A stretch of DNA of 64,000 bases from Curvularia clavata. Lineage: Eukaryota. The stretch's first letter is position 1; the number at the start of each line of letters is the position of its first letter. Below the pieces are notes generated by a model. It ran no database searches and had not been told where the DNA came from. It saw only the letters and a list, made by a program, of their open reading frames with translations. Below, in pieces: positions 35,697-48,548 of this stretch. Where the stretch lies: positions 744,001 through 808,000 of the forward strand of contig CP089275.1 of assembly GCA_023920165.1 (NCBI GenBank), in the 5' to 3' direction. A program made the position numbers and the translations under genes.

Positions 35697-37559
35697 TTAG
35701 CTTGAAGATATGGCGAACTTGGATCTTGCTCTGAGCTTTTCGCCATAGTGGTATAGGACCCAGATTCCGAAGATGCAGGCGATCGTTAAGCCAGCTAGAA
35801 GCGTGCAACCTTTGTCGACACCAAGGTTCTTAAAAAGTGGGCCTGACCACATGATACCAGCAAAAGCAATAGTCGAACGAACAACGTCATTGCCCGCAAA
35901 AAGCGAGGCTGAGTATTTTGGGTAGGCCAGAGCGATGTATAGCAAAATGTTGTTGATGATGGTGATCATACCCCCAGATATTAGCGCAGCGCCAATGGAT
36001 GGCACGATCCAGTGTATCGATTTGCGAGATGTCCAGCCAAAAAGGAAAAGGCCAATGGGAATCACAACGGAAGCAAGCATGGCGGGTAGCAGCCGTTGTT
36101 CTGGCCCTTCGTAGCCCTTCACACGCATACGCGGATTGACATAGAAGTACAGGAAACAAAATAAGAAAATCCCAGCAACAGTGACACCAATCGTGACAGA
36201 GAGAAAAGCAAGACCCATCTGTCCAAGGTTCATACCGTAGATGTCTATGTACACCAGTGGGAAGACCTCGAAGAAAGAGTAGAATACGGCATATACCAGA
36301 CCAGTGTATATTGACGTAAAAAGAATGGCTGGATCAAGGGCATTAATCTTCCAAGGGATTACCAGGGCGTCGTGAGTTATCTGCCGTGGTGAAAGACTCG
36401 CTTGTGCTATTTCAGACTCTGATTTGAGACTCATATTTCCAGTCAGCTTTCGTAGTCGATGCGCTCGGCGATACAAAATGGTTGGGGTCGAGGTCTCTGG
36501 TAAGAGAAGCAGGAAAATGAGAAAGGACGGCGCAGAAGCCCAGAGCAATTCCCACATTGACCAGTGCCAGTCTTCTGCGACGACAGCGAATCCAGCAACA
36601 ATTGGTCCAACAGATGGTCCCACAAATCCAGCGATGGCCCAGCCCATCATGAGATACGGCAAATGGAATAGATTTGTGATGTCTCCTAGCGATGCTCCAG
36701 TAGTAGCAATGCATGGCGAACCGAATATGCCTTGGAGAAACCGAAGAACCATGAAGCCCGCAACATTGTTGACCAAAGCTGTTGGTATCGATATGATGAT
36801 GAACAGCAGATACGATATCATGTAAGGAGGGTTGCGACCGATCGCAGGAATCTCGGAGATGGGTGATAGAAATAACGGTCCGAGACCGTATCCTAGAACG
36901 TACAAGCCAAGTCCAAGGGATGAGACGCTCTGTGAAACTCCAAAGATCTCCATAAACTGGGGGCCGCTTGGTGAGTATATCGCTGAACCCATATAGACGA
37001 CCACGACGTAGTGATACATGTGGAAGACAACGTTGAACTTCTGCCAAAAGCTCCAATTCTGGGGGTTTTCTGGATCATCTGTTGAGTACCAGGTAACAAG
37101 AACAATACCGTCTGATGTTTTAGTTGGCTGTATAGGACGAGACTTCTGGCATTTGAGCGACTTCTGGATGGAGTCTTGTTGAAATGCTGCTTCAAGGTCC
37201 TCCTGAGTTTTTATCTTCTGCATATCCGGTCTTGTAGTAACATTTGCGAGCTCTGACATGCTGTAAATTGAAGGCTTCCTGGCTCCAGAAGTCGTCGAAG
37301 AGGCGCATTCAATATCGGCACCTTCATGCTCATCTTCCTTTTCTGTAGTACATTTCGCAATGGGCTCCGTGCTGCGCTCTTGTTCTTGCTTCTCAATCAA
37401 GTCATAGACAGGCTCCTGATTGGTCGAAATCTTGGTGGTGGGGTCCAGGTACCCTGCGGGAACTTGAAAGCCATCGCGCTCTTCTGGATACAAAAGAATT
37501 TGATTCGAGGTCAGCCACCTCGCAATTTGGCCAAGCTGCGTATCGCGAAAGAAATCCAT
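35697..37559 (-). CDS. MFS DHA1-family multidrug transporter (Caf5/FLR1-like), intronless
   Basis: DDPENPQNWS, P.SE...GRNPPY, RFLQG.FGSP..ATTGAS..D, PEQRL, ASLFAGND..RS; ~12 TM segments; ATG 37559 (MDFFRDTQLGQ) preferred. Confidence 0.93.
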   Translation of the reverse strand: MDFFRDTQLGQIARWLTSNQILLYPEERDGFQVPAGYLDPTTKISTNQEPVYDLIEKQEQERSTEPIAKCTTEKEDEHEGADIECASSTTSGARKPSIYSMSELANVTTRPDMQKIKTQEDLEAAFQQDSIQKSLKCQKSRPIQPTKTSDGIVLVTWYSTDDPENPQNWSFWQKFNVVFHMYHYVVVVYMGSAIYSPSGPQFMEIFGVSQSVSSLGLGLYVLGYGLGPLFLSPISEIPAIGRNPPYMISYLLFIIISIPTALVNNVAGFMVLRFLQGIFGSPCIATTGASLGDITNLFHLPYLMMGWAIAGFVGPSVGPIVAGFAVVAEDWHWSMWELLWASAPSFLIFLLLLPETSTPTILYRRAHRLRKLTGNMSLKSESEIAQASLSPRQITHDALVIPWKINALDPAILFTSIYTGLVYAVFYSFFEVFPLVYIDIYGMNLGQMGLAFLSVTIGVTVAGIFLFCFLYFYVNPRMRVKGYEGPEQRLLPAMLASVVIPIGLFLFGWTSRKSIHWIVPSIGAALISGGMITIINNILLYIALAYPKYSASLFAGNDVVRSTIAFAGIMWSGPLFKNLGVDKGCTLLAGLTIACIFGIWVLYHYGEKLRARSKFAISSS

Positions 37560-38189
37560 ATCTGGCAGGAACAAGGTGTTGTGTGTGTCGAAGTGGCGGT
37601 GGTGGTGCTCATATACACTGTATGCAACGGCCGACAATAATGATGATAAAGATCGTCGATGCATTCTTTGTGTCTGTAATGCATTGCCAGGATGTCGTGT
37701 TTAGTAAACAATGCCGAAAATTCCTTGGAAAGGGCAATTGTCAGCTCCTCGACTTTGAGTTAACATGCCTCTCAAGATAAGTAATCAGACCCAATCAATC
37801 CCAATCAATTTGGTGACTGCACCCATGCTGATGTGCCAATTTGGCTCCATCGTAGATTACTCATCTCCTGTATTCCACCAACACAAAGCGACATAATCCG
37901 ATGAAAATGACGTAGCCATACTATGAGATGCATGAATGGAGTTTGGTTTTTTTGCTGACTACAAATGATCCACTTGAATAGGCGTGCACAGGCGTTGCTG
38001 AGGAAGTGACTAGTCGGGCGCAATATTGCATACTGAAAGAAACTGCTGTGAAACAAAATATGGAATATGTGCAAGTAAGCAGTATCAATCGGCCGGGAGA
38101 TCACTACTTCGATTAATCACTCTCTTCCCAAACACGCGCTGAAACGAAACACACAACATCTGCGTACGCTCCTCGTCTTGGATATCTCT

Positions 38190-39100
38190 TTGCCTTCCAC
38201 CGTGAAAGTTTTCAAGAGATCGAAGGAGGGCGTTCCCACTGAATCGACATTACTGGGACGCTCGAGCATTAGTGACAATGAAGTAGCCCTTTAGGTCACA
38301 CACAGTGGTGTAAGCAACTCTGTTTTCAGCCCGAATTTTTCATAGGTCTATGGAACCGACCTCTACCACATGCGTGATAATATGGCTCTAGGCCAAGAAG
38401 GAGCTGGAGTCGTAAAGGCCGTTGGTAAAGCAGTAGATAAGGTCAAGGTGTAAGTAAACATATTCAATGCTTTATTTCAACCCTAGCGGGTCTTCTTTTT
38501 TATTACACTTACGACGGCATTGGTTTCGCCATGTAAGAGATGGCTGTGGGTCTTACGGTACATGCAAGAAAAGCAATCTTTACTACGGCAAAGTCGTACC
38601 GCGCAACTATGGCTTGCCAGATTACGACCAAGGCCCTTTTTCCAACGTTGCCGTATGGTCGCAAATTAACCTTTACAAGATCCTGTATAATATCTTCACC
38701 ATAGGAGCTATACCATTTCTTTGCGCTGGTCTCAATATCGTCACTCCCACGAGTAGATATGGCATCAAACCTGGACACCGAGTTGGAATCGCAGGCATTG
38801 GCAGCTTGGGTCACCTTACCATCGTGATTGCCACAAAGTTGGGCACAGAAGTGACAGTATGCTCTTGTGGCAAGGAAAAAAAGACTAAGGCTCTAAGATG
38901 GGGGCTTCTCGATTCTGCCTGGTCAAAAGATCTTGAGATGGGTAAGCCAGACTTTGAGCTGCACTGTCTTATCGTCACAGTAACTCGTCATCCCAATTGG
39001 GAAGCGAAAGTCATCCTTCTTGTACTTTTGATTGAATGCTCACTTAATAAGCAAATTTGTAGGTATTATGCTCTCGACCACACTCAACCTAAACTCTGAA
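38190..39100 (+). pseudogene. Zn-dependent (CAD/ADH6-like) alcohol dehydrogenase pseudogene
   Basis: KVFK...EVAL*VTHSG|VYGTDL...ALGQEGAGVVKAVG; catalytic Zn ligands lost (C>Y in CGTD, H>Q in GHE), stop at ~38292; later PFLCAG and G.RVGIAGIGSLGHL; C-terminus missing. Confidence 0.8.
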
Positions 39101-39317
39101 GACCTTCCGGTGTTTCCGCGTCCGGCTGCTCGGATGTCCAATCAGCAATAGGTATAGCCACTGTATGCTGCTTCCTCCAATGGTCTATCATTTCGTCACT
39201 ATAATAATAAGACTTGCACTAAAAGTGTCCATTCGCATCTGGACTAGAGTGTATCGGGAGTGACTCCGTCGGCGTATAGGCTAGCATTTGCAAGTCGGAG
39301 TTCTAAATGCCAAGATA

Positions 39318-40403
39318 TTACATCATACTGTTGGCTGGCACCTGACAATGTGTCCCGCGATGCAGCGCCATTTTAACAGCTGGATGCAGCAGGCCGCTTG
39401 ATTCGATCGGTCTTGCTGCCGCCCTTCTGCAGTTTTTCAGATTTTTCAGACGAAGAATCCGAAGCTTTTGCATGAGGGAGAATGCCCTCAGTGTCTTTCG
39501 AATACCACGGCTTCGTTGATGAGCAAAATCCGTGATGTCACCATCGCTGCCGACTCCGGACGGCTCGAGTTCGTACATATTCAGACACACGAGCTCCATG
39601 AGCAAACATGAATCTGCCAATGTGGCCAAATCCTGGACGGAAATGCAACGACTTTGATCCTCACGGACCAAGTGTCCTATCACGAGAACGGGTTCACACA
39701 GTGTGTTACCATGATTCGAAACACTGGAAATTTCGTGTCTGTCGCAGACTATCCCGTGAATATATAAGCTTTTGAGATCTTGAAATGTCAAAAGAAATGC
39801 TTCTAGGTGTTCGAGTTATGTTGGTTCGCCGCCCACAGATTCCAGAGGTGTCATTCGAAACTTCTTCAGACATGGTTCGCTGCCATCAAAGGTAATTTTA
39901 AGCGCCTGCAGAAGGTTTTCGGAGTGCGCACATCCTCTGAGCTCAAACTCTCGCAATGCGCAGATGTTGGACCATCGAAAGCAATGATCAAGATCCCGTA
40001 GAAGCTCGATACAATTGGAGTAAAAGCAGGAGACGTGGAGGAAATTCTCAGAGCCAGCAATGCTCTTTAGTCAGGGGAGGATGTCCAGGGTCTGAGTAAT
40101 GTAATCATTATCTTCGAGCACTAAATCATCACTGCCATCAGCTGGATTTGAACGGCTGTTTTCCGTACCATCGCTTTCATCTTCAGAGCTCGAAAAAAGC
40201 CACTCTCCACCGTCAGAATCAACTATTTCGGTGTGGGAGAGCAGCTCCCCGTCGCCAGGATCGGTGACTTCGAGACTCACGGCAATACTGAAATCAGAGT
40301 CCCCAATAGCGGTAGGGCTAGTACTATTGAATCTGCAAAGGTGCAGGCTTCCAAGATTGGTTTGACAAAAACCCCAGAACTCCTGTAGACCATTGATCTT
40401 CAT
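39318..40403 (-). pseudogene. Fragmented hypothetical gene (possibly F-box/LRR-like)
   Basis: Consecutive minus-strand ORF pieces with Leu-rich repeats (LKSLYI, LRILRL) and an acidic linker, broken by stops/frameshifts. Confidence 0.35.
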
Positions 40404-41466
40404 AGCGTTTAGGTTAATGTCAACTCTTTTGAGGCAAGCAAAGATACTCGATATCTAAGGAAAAGACTACAAGTCAGAGAGAGAGAGATCCACAACCAAA
40501 TATATCGAATTCTCCCAGATAGTTCGTCTGAAGTCTTGATAAGACCTTCAGTGTCGCAAAGGATACGTTCCAATCGCTTTTGAAAGAACGTAATTTATTC
40601 GCTGGAAATCACGCCAGAAACATCACCGGATTTTCATTCCTGTGATCATCTATGTGCTCCGCATGGATATGAATCTGACTGATGTGTGTGATGACTTTTG
40701 GTTTTGGAGATACTGAGTAGTCCCATCGTCGCGTTGACGTCTCACGCAGAGCGGTGGTGAACGAACACCACAGGATTGGCAGAACGAAGTCTGTGCACGA
40801 TCGGCTTGTTAGTGTGACAGCTGCCAGATCGCGCGCAATGTCCCGCGACTGGCTGGATTACGTGATTGTCGCGAGTTTGCGCTCAGGAGGCAATCCAGTT
40901 TCCGCGTTGGCAGCGATGAGTGAAAGTTTGCGCTTCATATTGGTATATCTGATAAATAGTAATAGAACACAAACGTATAAGGGATTCTCGCGATGGGAAG
41001 AGGGCGCGTTGGCGGTTCGGCTGACCCAACTCTGACAGGGGTCAGGGCTCTTGGCCTGTAGCCTTGTACTCTATATGAAAGAAATGTTCAGAGAGCAACG
41101 GCAACATTCCGAGGTCCTCTCGTAATTTTAGGTTACCTTTCGAATGGACATCTTCCTACCCAATAGTTGAAGATCAAGCAATTTGAGCGGTGTTGACTTA
41201 GGCATTGATTATATAAGATAGCCTTCATAAGAAGATAAGGGCAACTTTCACGAGCATAGTGAGAAATTTGGACATACTAGCGTCTATCCTACCTGACACA
41301 ACTTCTCCGCTCAATCGGGTGAACTAGTGTTCACAATACTACTCAGTATGTTCGAATATTATATGAATATAAAATACGCGATGCTGATTCTGCGTTAATT
41401 ACTGCGTTCATCCATCTTCGTAATAAGCCCCGCGATTTCAGTTGATCAAGAGCAAATTAGGTACCA

Positions 41467-41993
41467 ATGATGGCGACGCTCAACAGTGCCTCATATGTGC
41501 AAGAATACACTATCAAGCACATCCTAATTCCTTGCAAAAACGACTACGCCACGGTGCGCAAGGTAATCGGAGTGTCGCTTCCTCGCATGTACAACTCGTA
41601 CACAAGTCTGCTCGGGACTGGCGACTTTCAAGGCGCATATCCAAAGCTGGAAACCCTCCCAACGCTCAACAGCTTCATCCGGCTACCACGAGACGTTGGC
41701 ATGATGCTAGAAACCAAGGGCATTCATGAGCGGAAGGCCATCCAGTACGATATCGGTAATCCATTCATCGTAATTACGATGGCGCAGTACCATATATCCC
41801 CATCGCACTCTACGCTTCCGTACGCGTCATGTTAAAGGAGCTTGAGGGTAATGCTCCGTTTCCTTGTGGCTTTAGCTTCGATCTGCCTTCAAGCACTTTT
41901 GGGAACCTATGACGAGGGAACAAGGATATGCTGGCCGCGGCCACGTTTTTGGAAGAGGAATTGATGAAAGCACTTACAGCTGCGGGCGAGTAA
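41467..41993 (+). pseudogene. DUF302 (TT1751-like) protein pseudogene
   Basis: AIQYDIGNPFIVITMAQYH, then a frameshift at ~41800 into ALYASVRVMLKE...FDLPSSTFG..*...LEEELMKAL; in-frame TGA ~41910. Confidence 0.65.
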
Positions 41994-43882
41994 TCTTCAG
42001 ACTCTTCAGAGCCCAGAGTAGACGGAAATGGAAGATGGTTTGAGGATAAGTACGTTTCCAAAGCGTGACTGTAATGTACTGATCGATTATACTTGCCTTG
42101 ATATATATTGTTCAAGAACTGTACCTGACTTATAAAAAGCGACTACAGGCGCTTTTGTCACAACAGAAGTAGTTTAACGATAGGGTGGGAAGTTCATAGA
42201 CTCAGAGAAGTAGCTACGATATAAAGCAGCTTATTAAGAATACGATTTGAACAGAAGACGATACGAAAATGTAGATGTTTACATGTTCTGTTCAAACCCA
42301 GAAAACTCTCGCTCCACGAGCACACTGCTATCACACCCTTCAGAAGATGTACATTCCTATACTCTGCAAGCCAAGTACGATATGGTGAATCCTCCCTGCC
42401 AACGTCCGCACGGCAACTTCCAACCATCGGAGGTAATGATTCTATTAACACAAACCCCATCCACCTTAAGGGATAGAATGACGCAAAGTGCGCTGCCATG
42501 TCATTTACACCCAAAAAACAAAGCAAAGTCAGGTCCTCCTTTCACACACATGACGTGAAAGGACATTAGCTGTAAGGATGTTTCACAAAATCTGTCATCG
42601 ATTTCAATGAGCGTGTTCGTCTCATCTTTTCGATGTTAAGGACCTCCCTCGAGATGTTAGGTGGCATTGTGCATGACTTGTAGGATAAGCTATCTCGTCA
42701 TTACGTCATTCAAACGCAACATGGTGCAGAAAATTGTAAAGGACCTCTTGATTTAGTGCATGTAAGATGTGAATTCTACGTGTAGTCCATCAGTTATTCA
42801 ATTACCAAGAATAGAGTATGTGGGCGGCGACCGTGTGTCATGGCTACTCTATCTCATTAGCCCTGGCTGTGGGCAGCGCCTCTTGCTACACGAGCCGTTT
42901 CAGGGACGTATTGTGCATAATTGGGGCAAGTCCACGCAGCTTAAAAGGAAGCAGAGACCTTCTCGGCAAGATGCCATACACAAATCTCTGATGCAAGATC
43001 GCTTTCATTCCTGGGATACAACTATAGCTTGTACATCTCCATCCACGTCACTCATCAGACCCTGAAGCTCTTGTACCGCAGCGTCATTCTGCTGAGTCTG
43101 GCGTCAAGTCTCACACAAATTCCAAAGCTCAACGGAACATCGCTTTTTCCAGAGGTGTAAGTCGATATATCGCAACGAAAATTTGGGAAAAAGCATACCG
43201 GCATCAAGCTCGAAATTGCAGTAATAAAGATGAAAAGATTAATTACACTTCCTATTGATCTTCCAAGTTTCGTTGTATCAGTACATTTCTGTCTTTCCGA
43301 TCGCGTCGTCGTATGTCCATGATTTTCCTATCATTCTAACGTCAATGGGGAATGGTTGGTAGGTTGAGCACGAAGGTGCTTTACGACAACCCTGCTATGC
43401 TTATGGGCACGTGTTGTTGTCTCACCTAGGGAGCGGAATACTCGACAAAAGTCATAGAGTGAACGGAATTGCTAGAAGCTTGACAAAAAGTCATCAAAGC
43501 TATAACAATGTTCGGATCTTATTGTATGGTTGACGTTATGTGTCTGGATTTGCTACTGATTGTATTAGTGGTGAAGGCGCGCGTCGCATTGCTTCTGATT
43601 AATTCAATAGTAGGCATAGAATGAAGAGACGAAGAGTTGTACTTGACTAGTCGCTGTTACAAGGGTTGCGACAGCCTTTCGCGAAGTGGTGGTTAAGCGC
43701 GAGGGGTGGGGCGAGATGGAACCTCCAATCGCGTCGCTATGCCATCAAGTCATTAACGTTACATTTCGCCCTATGAGTGATTGGTTAGCCAACCGAACAC
43801 CCAACCAGTTCTTCATAAGGCAGTCCATGCCTGTCCCGTGTCTCAATTAGACTTCTTCGCACATTCTTTATCACTTTCAAAA

Positions 43883-44527
43883 ATGTCCGCTTCAGAAGAA
43901 TTACAAACCTGCTTCAGCCTCCGCTCCTCTGGCATTGTAGTCCAGACCTCTGTGGACATGCTACGAATACACTGGTCGCTGTTTGGACCTTTGCAATCTT
44001 CCGTCGATGTTGCGGATACACTCGGTCCCGACTTTAACTGTCAGCAATATGCCACCTACGGTGGTTCTTTTCACCCCATATCAACCTCGCCCGCAACGGA
44101 GCCACCAGTCTCGTCCATTAGCGTGGAAGTAGATGTGTTGGAACAATGGCAATATAATTGGGAAATGGAGCATCGAGAAGACGATGGGGAAGACCATGAG
44201 TGGATTGAAGACGAGAACGGTGAAGATCGCAAGCTTATGCATTGCTGCGGCGAATCTCGTCCACCTGCTGCCTCGTCACTCAAGGTGCTATCTACCACAC
44301 GTCCTTTTGTGACTGTACACGATTACATTACTCAAGTTCACGCCTGGCTTGGGACGCTCCAGACAGATATTCTTAAGGCTATGGGGGAAATGGGTTATCC
44401 CGAAACACAGCTTTACATCAGCTTGATGTCCCTAGAAGTTCTATCGTTTGAGGAGGACATTGGCACCATGTGGAAATGGGTTGTGAGACATGCACGGCGA
44501 CGCAGAGACGGTACAATGATTTCTTGA
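43883..44527 (+). CDS. Conserved-looking fungal hypothetical protein (214 aa)
   Basis: Open ORF with motifs RIHWSL.GP, P.TEPPVSSI.V, CCGE.RP and FVTVHDYI..VH.WL; ATG 43883 in a good context. Confidence 0.7.
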   Translation: MSASEELQTCFSLRSSGIVVQTSVDMLRIHWSLFGPLQSSVDVADTLGPDFNCQQYATYGGSFHPISTSPATEPPVSSISVEVDVLEQWQYNWEMEHREDDGEDHEWIEDENGEDRKLMHCCGESRPPAASSLKVLSTTRPFVTVHDYITQVHAWLGTLQTDILKAMGEMGYPETQLYISLMSLEVLSFEEDIGTMWKWVVRHARRRRDGTMIS

Positions 44528-45469
44528 TTGAGATACAACACCACAGTATCTACAAGCAAATATTACTTCCCCACTTTCCAGTAAGGTTTGTGGACGATCT
44601 CCCACCTCGATCCGAATTTACCTCATGCGACGAGCGCAATGACTTCAAAAAGCTGGGGTCGCGGACTAGCTTGATTGTAATTCCATCAGGTCTTGACTTA
44701 GTAGCCTTGTATTCTGCTGATGTATACATTGGATTGGTTTTGTTGACGATAGTAGGCATCTCGCCGTCATTTTCCTGGCACCCCAGTCAAAAGCACCTGA
44801 GGGTTTTTTTTTGAGATCTTAATTGTCACTCTATGGATAAATGCTGTGCCGCGTGAACTGTGCACTAGCAGATCAAGGTCAATGAGTCACCTTTTATGAT
44901 TTTTCGGAGAACAGCTTGGAAATGGCAAGAATAAATACAGAGAAGCTGTTCAACTCAACGCCATAATCCACGCAAATGCACTCGATAACTGCCAACACCC
45001 CCTCCCCAGGGCTTCTCAGAGCTCAATTGATATAGTAATATGTCTCCACTCATCATATCACTTTATCGCGCCTAAGAAAGGACAGGACGTGATCCAAAAC
45101 TGTATCTTGACAGCAAAACCTGGAGGTTGCATGCTGCTTGCATATAATTCGACACACACACACACACCTTCCTAATCTATCGAGGCGTAAGTCGTCCCAT
45201 ATTGCGAGAAGATAGCAGTTTTACATACAGTATCTGGACAGTGGAGAGTACACCAGGAACCTAAGTAAAAGGTCTTTCCATATGCACCATGCAAATCTAC
45301 TAGAAGAATGTCTCGCTTTCCAGGAACAATTCCATATCAAGAAGGTTTTCAATAGAGCAGCGCGAAAGGTTTTGCTACACTCTGATTGGATCCTACACTG
45401 GTCTATATAACGGGACTAAATATGGCAACGAAACGATCAAGGCATGCTCATATCACACACAAACTATTA

Positions 45470-46186
45470 TTAAACCTTATTAACTTAAGAAAGGTTACTC
45501 ACGATACCTTAAGCGATCCGACCCTTGTACCCGAGGTCATCAATAAGCACCGCAAACTTTTCGAGGGATTTACGTCCCAGAGCCGCACAATAGTCGTCCA
45601 ACTTCTCCATGCAATCTCCCAGATCCTGGAGCTCGACCAGGAGACCTCCCTCAAAACTGAGCATCGCCTCGGAGAGCCGGGTTCCAGCTGCCTCAATCTG
45701 ATCCGCTACGTCAAGTCCTCGGACGCCAAATACGAAGGTCAGAACCAACACACTGACAACGGCACCCTTACTTTTCTGTTGTCCGAACAGCCTGGCCTGG
45801 AGGTCATCTCCAAAGATACAGGGGCATGAGAGCCCGTAATTCCCAAGCCGAATCACGGCATAGTCAATGTAGGGGATACCCTGCGATTCCTTTCCGGGCT
45901 GCGCTTTCGATCTCCTGTGCACCGTGCGATTCCAGTCTGGTCGCCAGGCCAGACGACGCGGTTTGTCGTAGGGTACTTTTTGTGGGCAGAGGATAGTGCA
46001 GTATTGGCTCACGCACCAGAAGGGCCGATGACGGCGAAGGAGTGGCATGATCAGAATTATGTGAACTATAAGGCACCTCATATAGCGCAGAAGCAGAATA
46101 ATATCCTACTTGGAGGCATGTCCATAGACAAAGCAGGGGCTATTGGGACACTGATGGAAGTTCCAGAGGTGAAGATGCAGGGCTGA
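45470..46186 (+). pseudogene. 2-oxoglutarate/Fe(II) oxygenase (IPNS/GA20ox-like) pseudogene
   Basis: HTDNGTLTFL..Q.GLE, then TGA at 45827-45829 (Trp position), then IVNVGDTLRFLSG..FRS.VHR...RFVVGYF; N-terminal part degraded. Confidence 0.85.
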
Positions 46187-46699
46187 AGGAGGTTTTACTA
46201 CAACTATTCAATATCACACATTCAGAATCTCCGGATCTGCTATCCCTGTCTCACTTCCTTCTGTCTCTTGGTTTCTGCATCCGCAAACACCCCCGTCTAT
46301 AATGCTTTCTCTAAGTTTTGGCTAACAGAAAGAAAGAGCTTTTCCTTCATCTATTGTTTCTGGCACTATGCTATAACTAGCTATATATCTCTGCTCACTT
46401 CCAGTTGTTATGCTAGAGAGGGCGCTATTTTCCGACAATTCTCTAGAAATCTTCACAACTGTAATGATGGTCACTCTTCGAGTGCTGTGCATTCGGTAAC
46501 ATGGGCGGAAATAGGCCTGTTGATGAGTATGTACTTCCTTCTATGTTTAATGGCGCAAACAAGGCCAATTCGATTAATAATTGGCAGTAGGGTCACTCAG
46601 AGGCATAAAGAGTGCGTGGGATACTGGAAGAGCTCTGTTAAACACCAATATGTTCCGTCTTCAAGAAAACTCTAGAAGGTTGAACACTCTAATTCCATA

Positions 46700-47340
46700 C
46701 GTTACAACGACTAACTAGTGGACTAGATAGTAGATATCACATGAGAAGCATAACTACCAAGAGTGTAAGAGATAAATAAGACATGTAATTACCTTTGTAT
46801 TTAAAATAGAAGATAGAGAAAGAACAGAGATATATAACATAAGAAAGAAGATAGAAGAAGTGGTGGTAAGAGATATAGAGTAACGGGTAATGTGAGAGAT
46901 TTGGCAGATAGAAATGACGATATCAAAGGTAGTATTAAAAAGAATTCTTCAGAATCTTTTTATAGTCCAGATGAAGATTATGGGTAGATAGGCTAAGACC
47001 TAAGCGACATCTAATAGAGCACCAAGATTTATCGTTGGCGCAATGCCTAAGATATAAGGAGCATGATGGGTTAAAACAAATAAATTACCTAACTAGTACG
47101 ATATATTATAAGAATTTTGGCTATCTACTATAGGTTAGATGTGTAGTGGAGTAGTTCCTATAATCAATATTGGAACTGGTTTTTCTACGTTGCCTCTTTA
47201 GTGAATGGGTTGTCATCGCAGTATAACCGGTCATTCGGCAACATCTCTAAACCTCTGAGAATACATCCTAAACCAGTCATTATCACGTTCAGAGCGAGAG
47301 AGCTAAGACTTCATTAAGGAACTATCTAAAGGGGGTCTTA
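46700..47340. repeat. AT/TpA-rich RIP-like relic
   Basis: Composition and absence of ORFs only. Confidence 0.3.
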
Positions 47341-47402
47341 ATCTGTTACAGATAGGCGTTCAACTGCCATAGGCATACATGAAAGGATATTGAGTCAATC
47401 TC

Positions 47403-48548
47403 CTAAACCTGGTGCACTCCTACCTCTTCTCGCTCCACAGTGAACGTGCTTGATTTCAAAATGGCTTTCTGGCATGGTGTTGTGCTATCTATTGAGTTCT
47501 GCTCGTCTGTAACGGGCTTAATCCGCACAAATGTTTGCCGATCTATATCCTTACGCGCCTCGTTGTTCACCCGGTTGAGCTCTATTGTGACAGGATCCTC
47601 TTTAGTAGATCTCTGACGAGCTGATGTGGCATTACTGGTGTCTTCGGCATTGGCGATGCGGGTAGCCAAGAGGTCAATTCTTTTAAGCGTATATCAGTAT
47701 CGGTCGCTTCTGGTAAGAGAGAATAGAAAGTACAATAGGAGCAGGTACTTACAGCATGATCATAGGGAAGTAATTTACGCACGTCACTAGGAGGCGATCC
47801 AATTGGCCAGCTAGATTAGTAGCGCTCTGCGCCGTGGTGTGGAAGTGATACGTAATTGTTCGACCGATACCGATGATAGCTAATGAGGAGACTCGAACCT
47901 CGGTGCTAAGTATAAGTTGTTTGAACAGGCTGCTCCCTGAGGGGAGAATCCGAGTTTGGCGCTTGCCTTGGATAAAGATACGGAGAAGGAAGAAAGCGCT
48001 AACGGTTTCAACGAGAGCCAAGGAGCCAAAATAGCCGATATGAAGCTCATTTATGAGGAATTGTCTAGCAGTGCTGCTAGATAGAATGTCGAGAACTCTC
48101 TGGCTGAGGATAGCAGTGCGGAAGGCAACGATAGATACCATAAGAAACCAGAAGAGTGAGAAGAAAATGATTCTGGATTTCCCTTGTAGGAATCGTCGGA
48201 GAATGTCGTAACTGTAAAAGGATAGTCCAGCTTCTTGAATCTGTAATATTGTTAGCTTCTGGTAGGCTTATCAACCTGGATTTGCTATGTATTTACCAAC
48301 CAAAATATGTCTGCAAGAGCAGCTGCTATCACTTTTGAATTTGTAGAAGCGTCAGAGTAGTATGCTACGTAACACAAGCCATTCGCAATAGCTGATGTGA
48401 TGGAACACACAACGGGCACGGCCCACAGCGTCGAGAAGCCCGTTATTGGAACAATCAATAACGCAGCGACAACATGGAGTAAATCGAAGGTGCTTAAGAT
48501 GGACCAGCTAAGTTCGAAGTAAGGAAGAACAGAGTCTGAGGACGACAT
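47403..48548 (-). CDS. Integral membrane protein with ~7 predicted TM helices, 3 exons
   Basis: Exons joined by GT-AG introns (~48296-48241, ~47752-47681): ..ADIFWL|IQEAGLSFYSY...FPMIML|IDLLATRI, followed by a polar C-terminal tail. Confidence 0.8.

Noticed and set aside
42100..43700. Short ORFs between the DUF302 relic and the 43883 gene
   Set aside because: No family motifs; cannot be distinguished from random ORFs
45152..45167. (AC)n microsatellite; also (GT)n at ~61543 and (GCA)n at ~54497
   Set aside because: Ordinary simple repeats; the GCA run encodes a poly-Ala linker
21580..48548. Secondary-metabolite biosynthetic gene cluster
   Set aside because: Transporters, TF and tailoring-type enzymes are present, but no PKS, NRPS, terpene synthase or other backbone gene lies in the window
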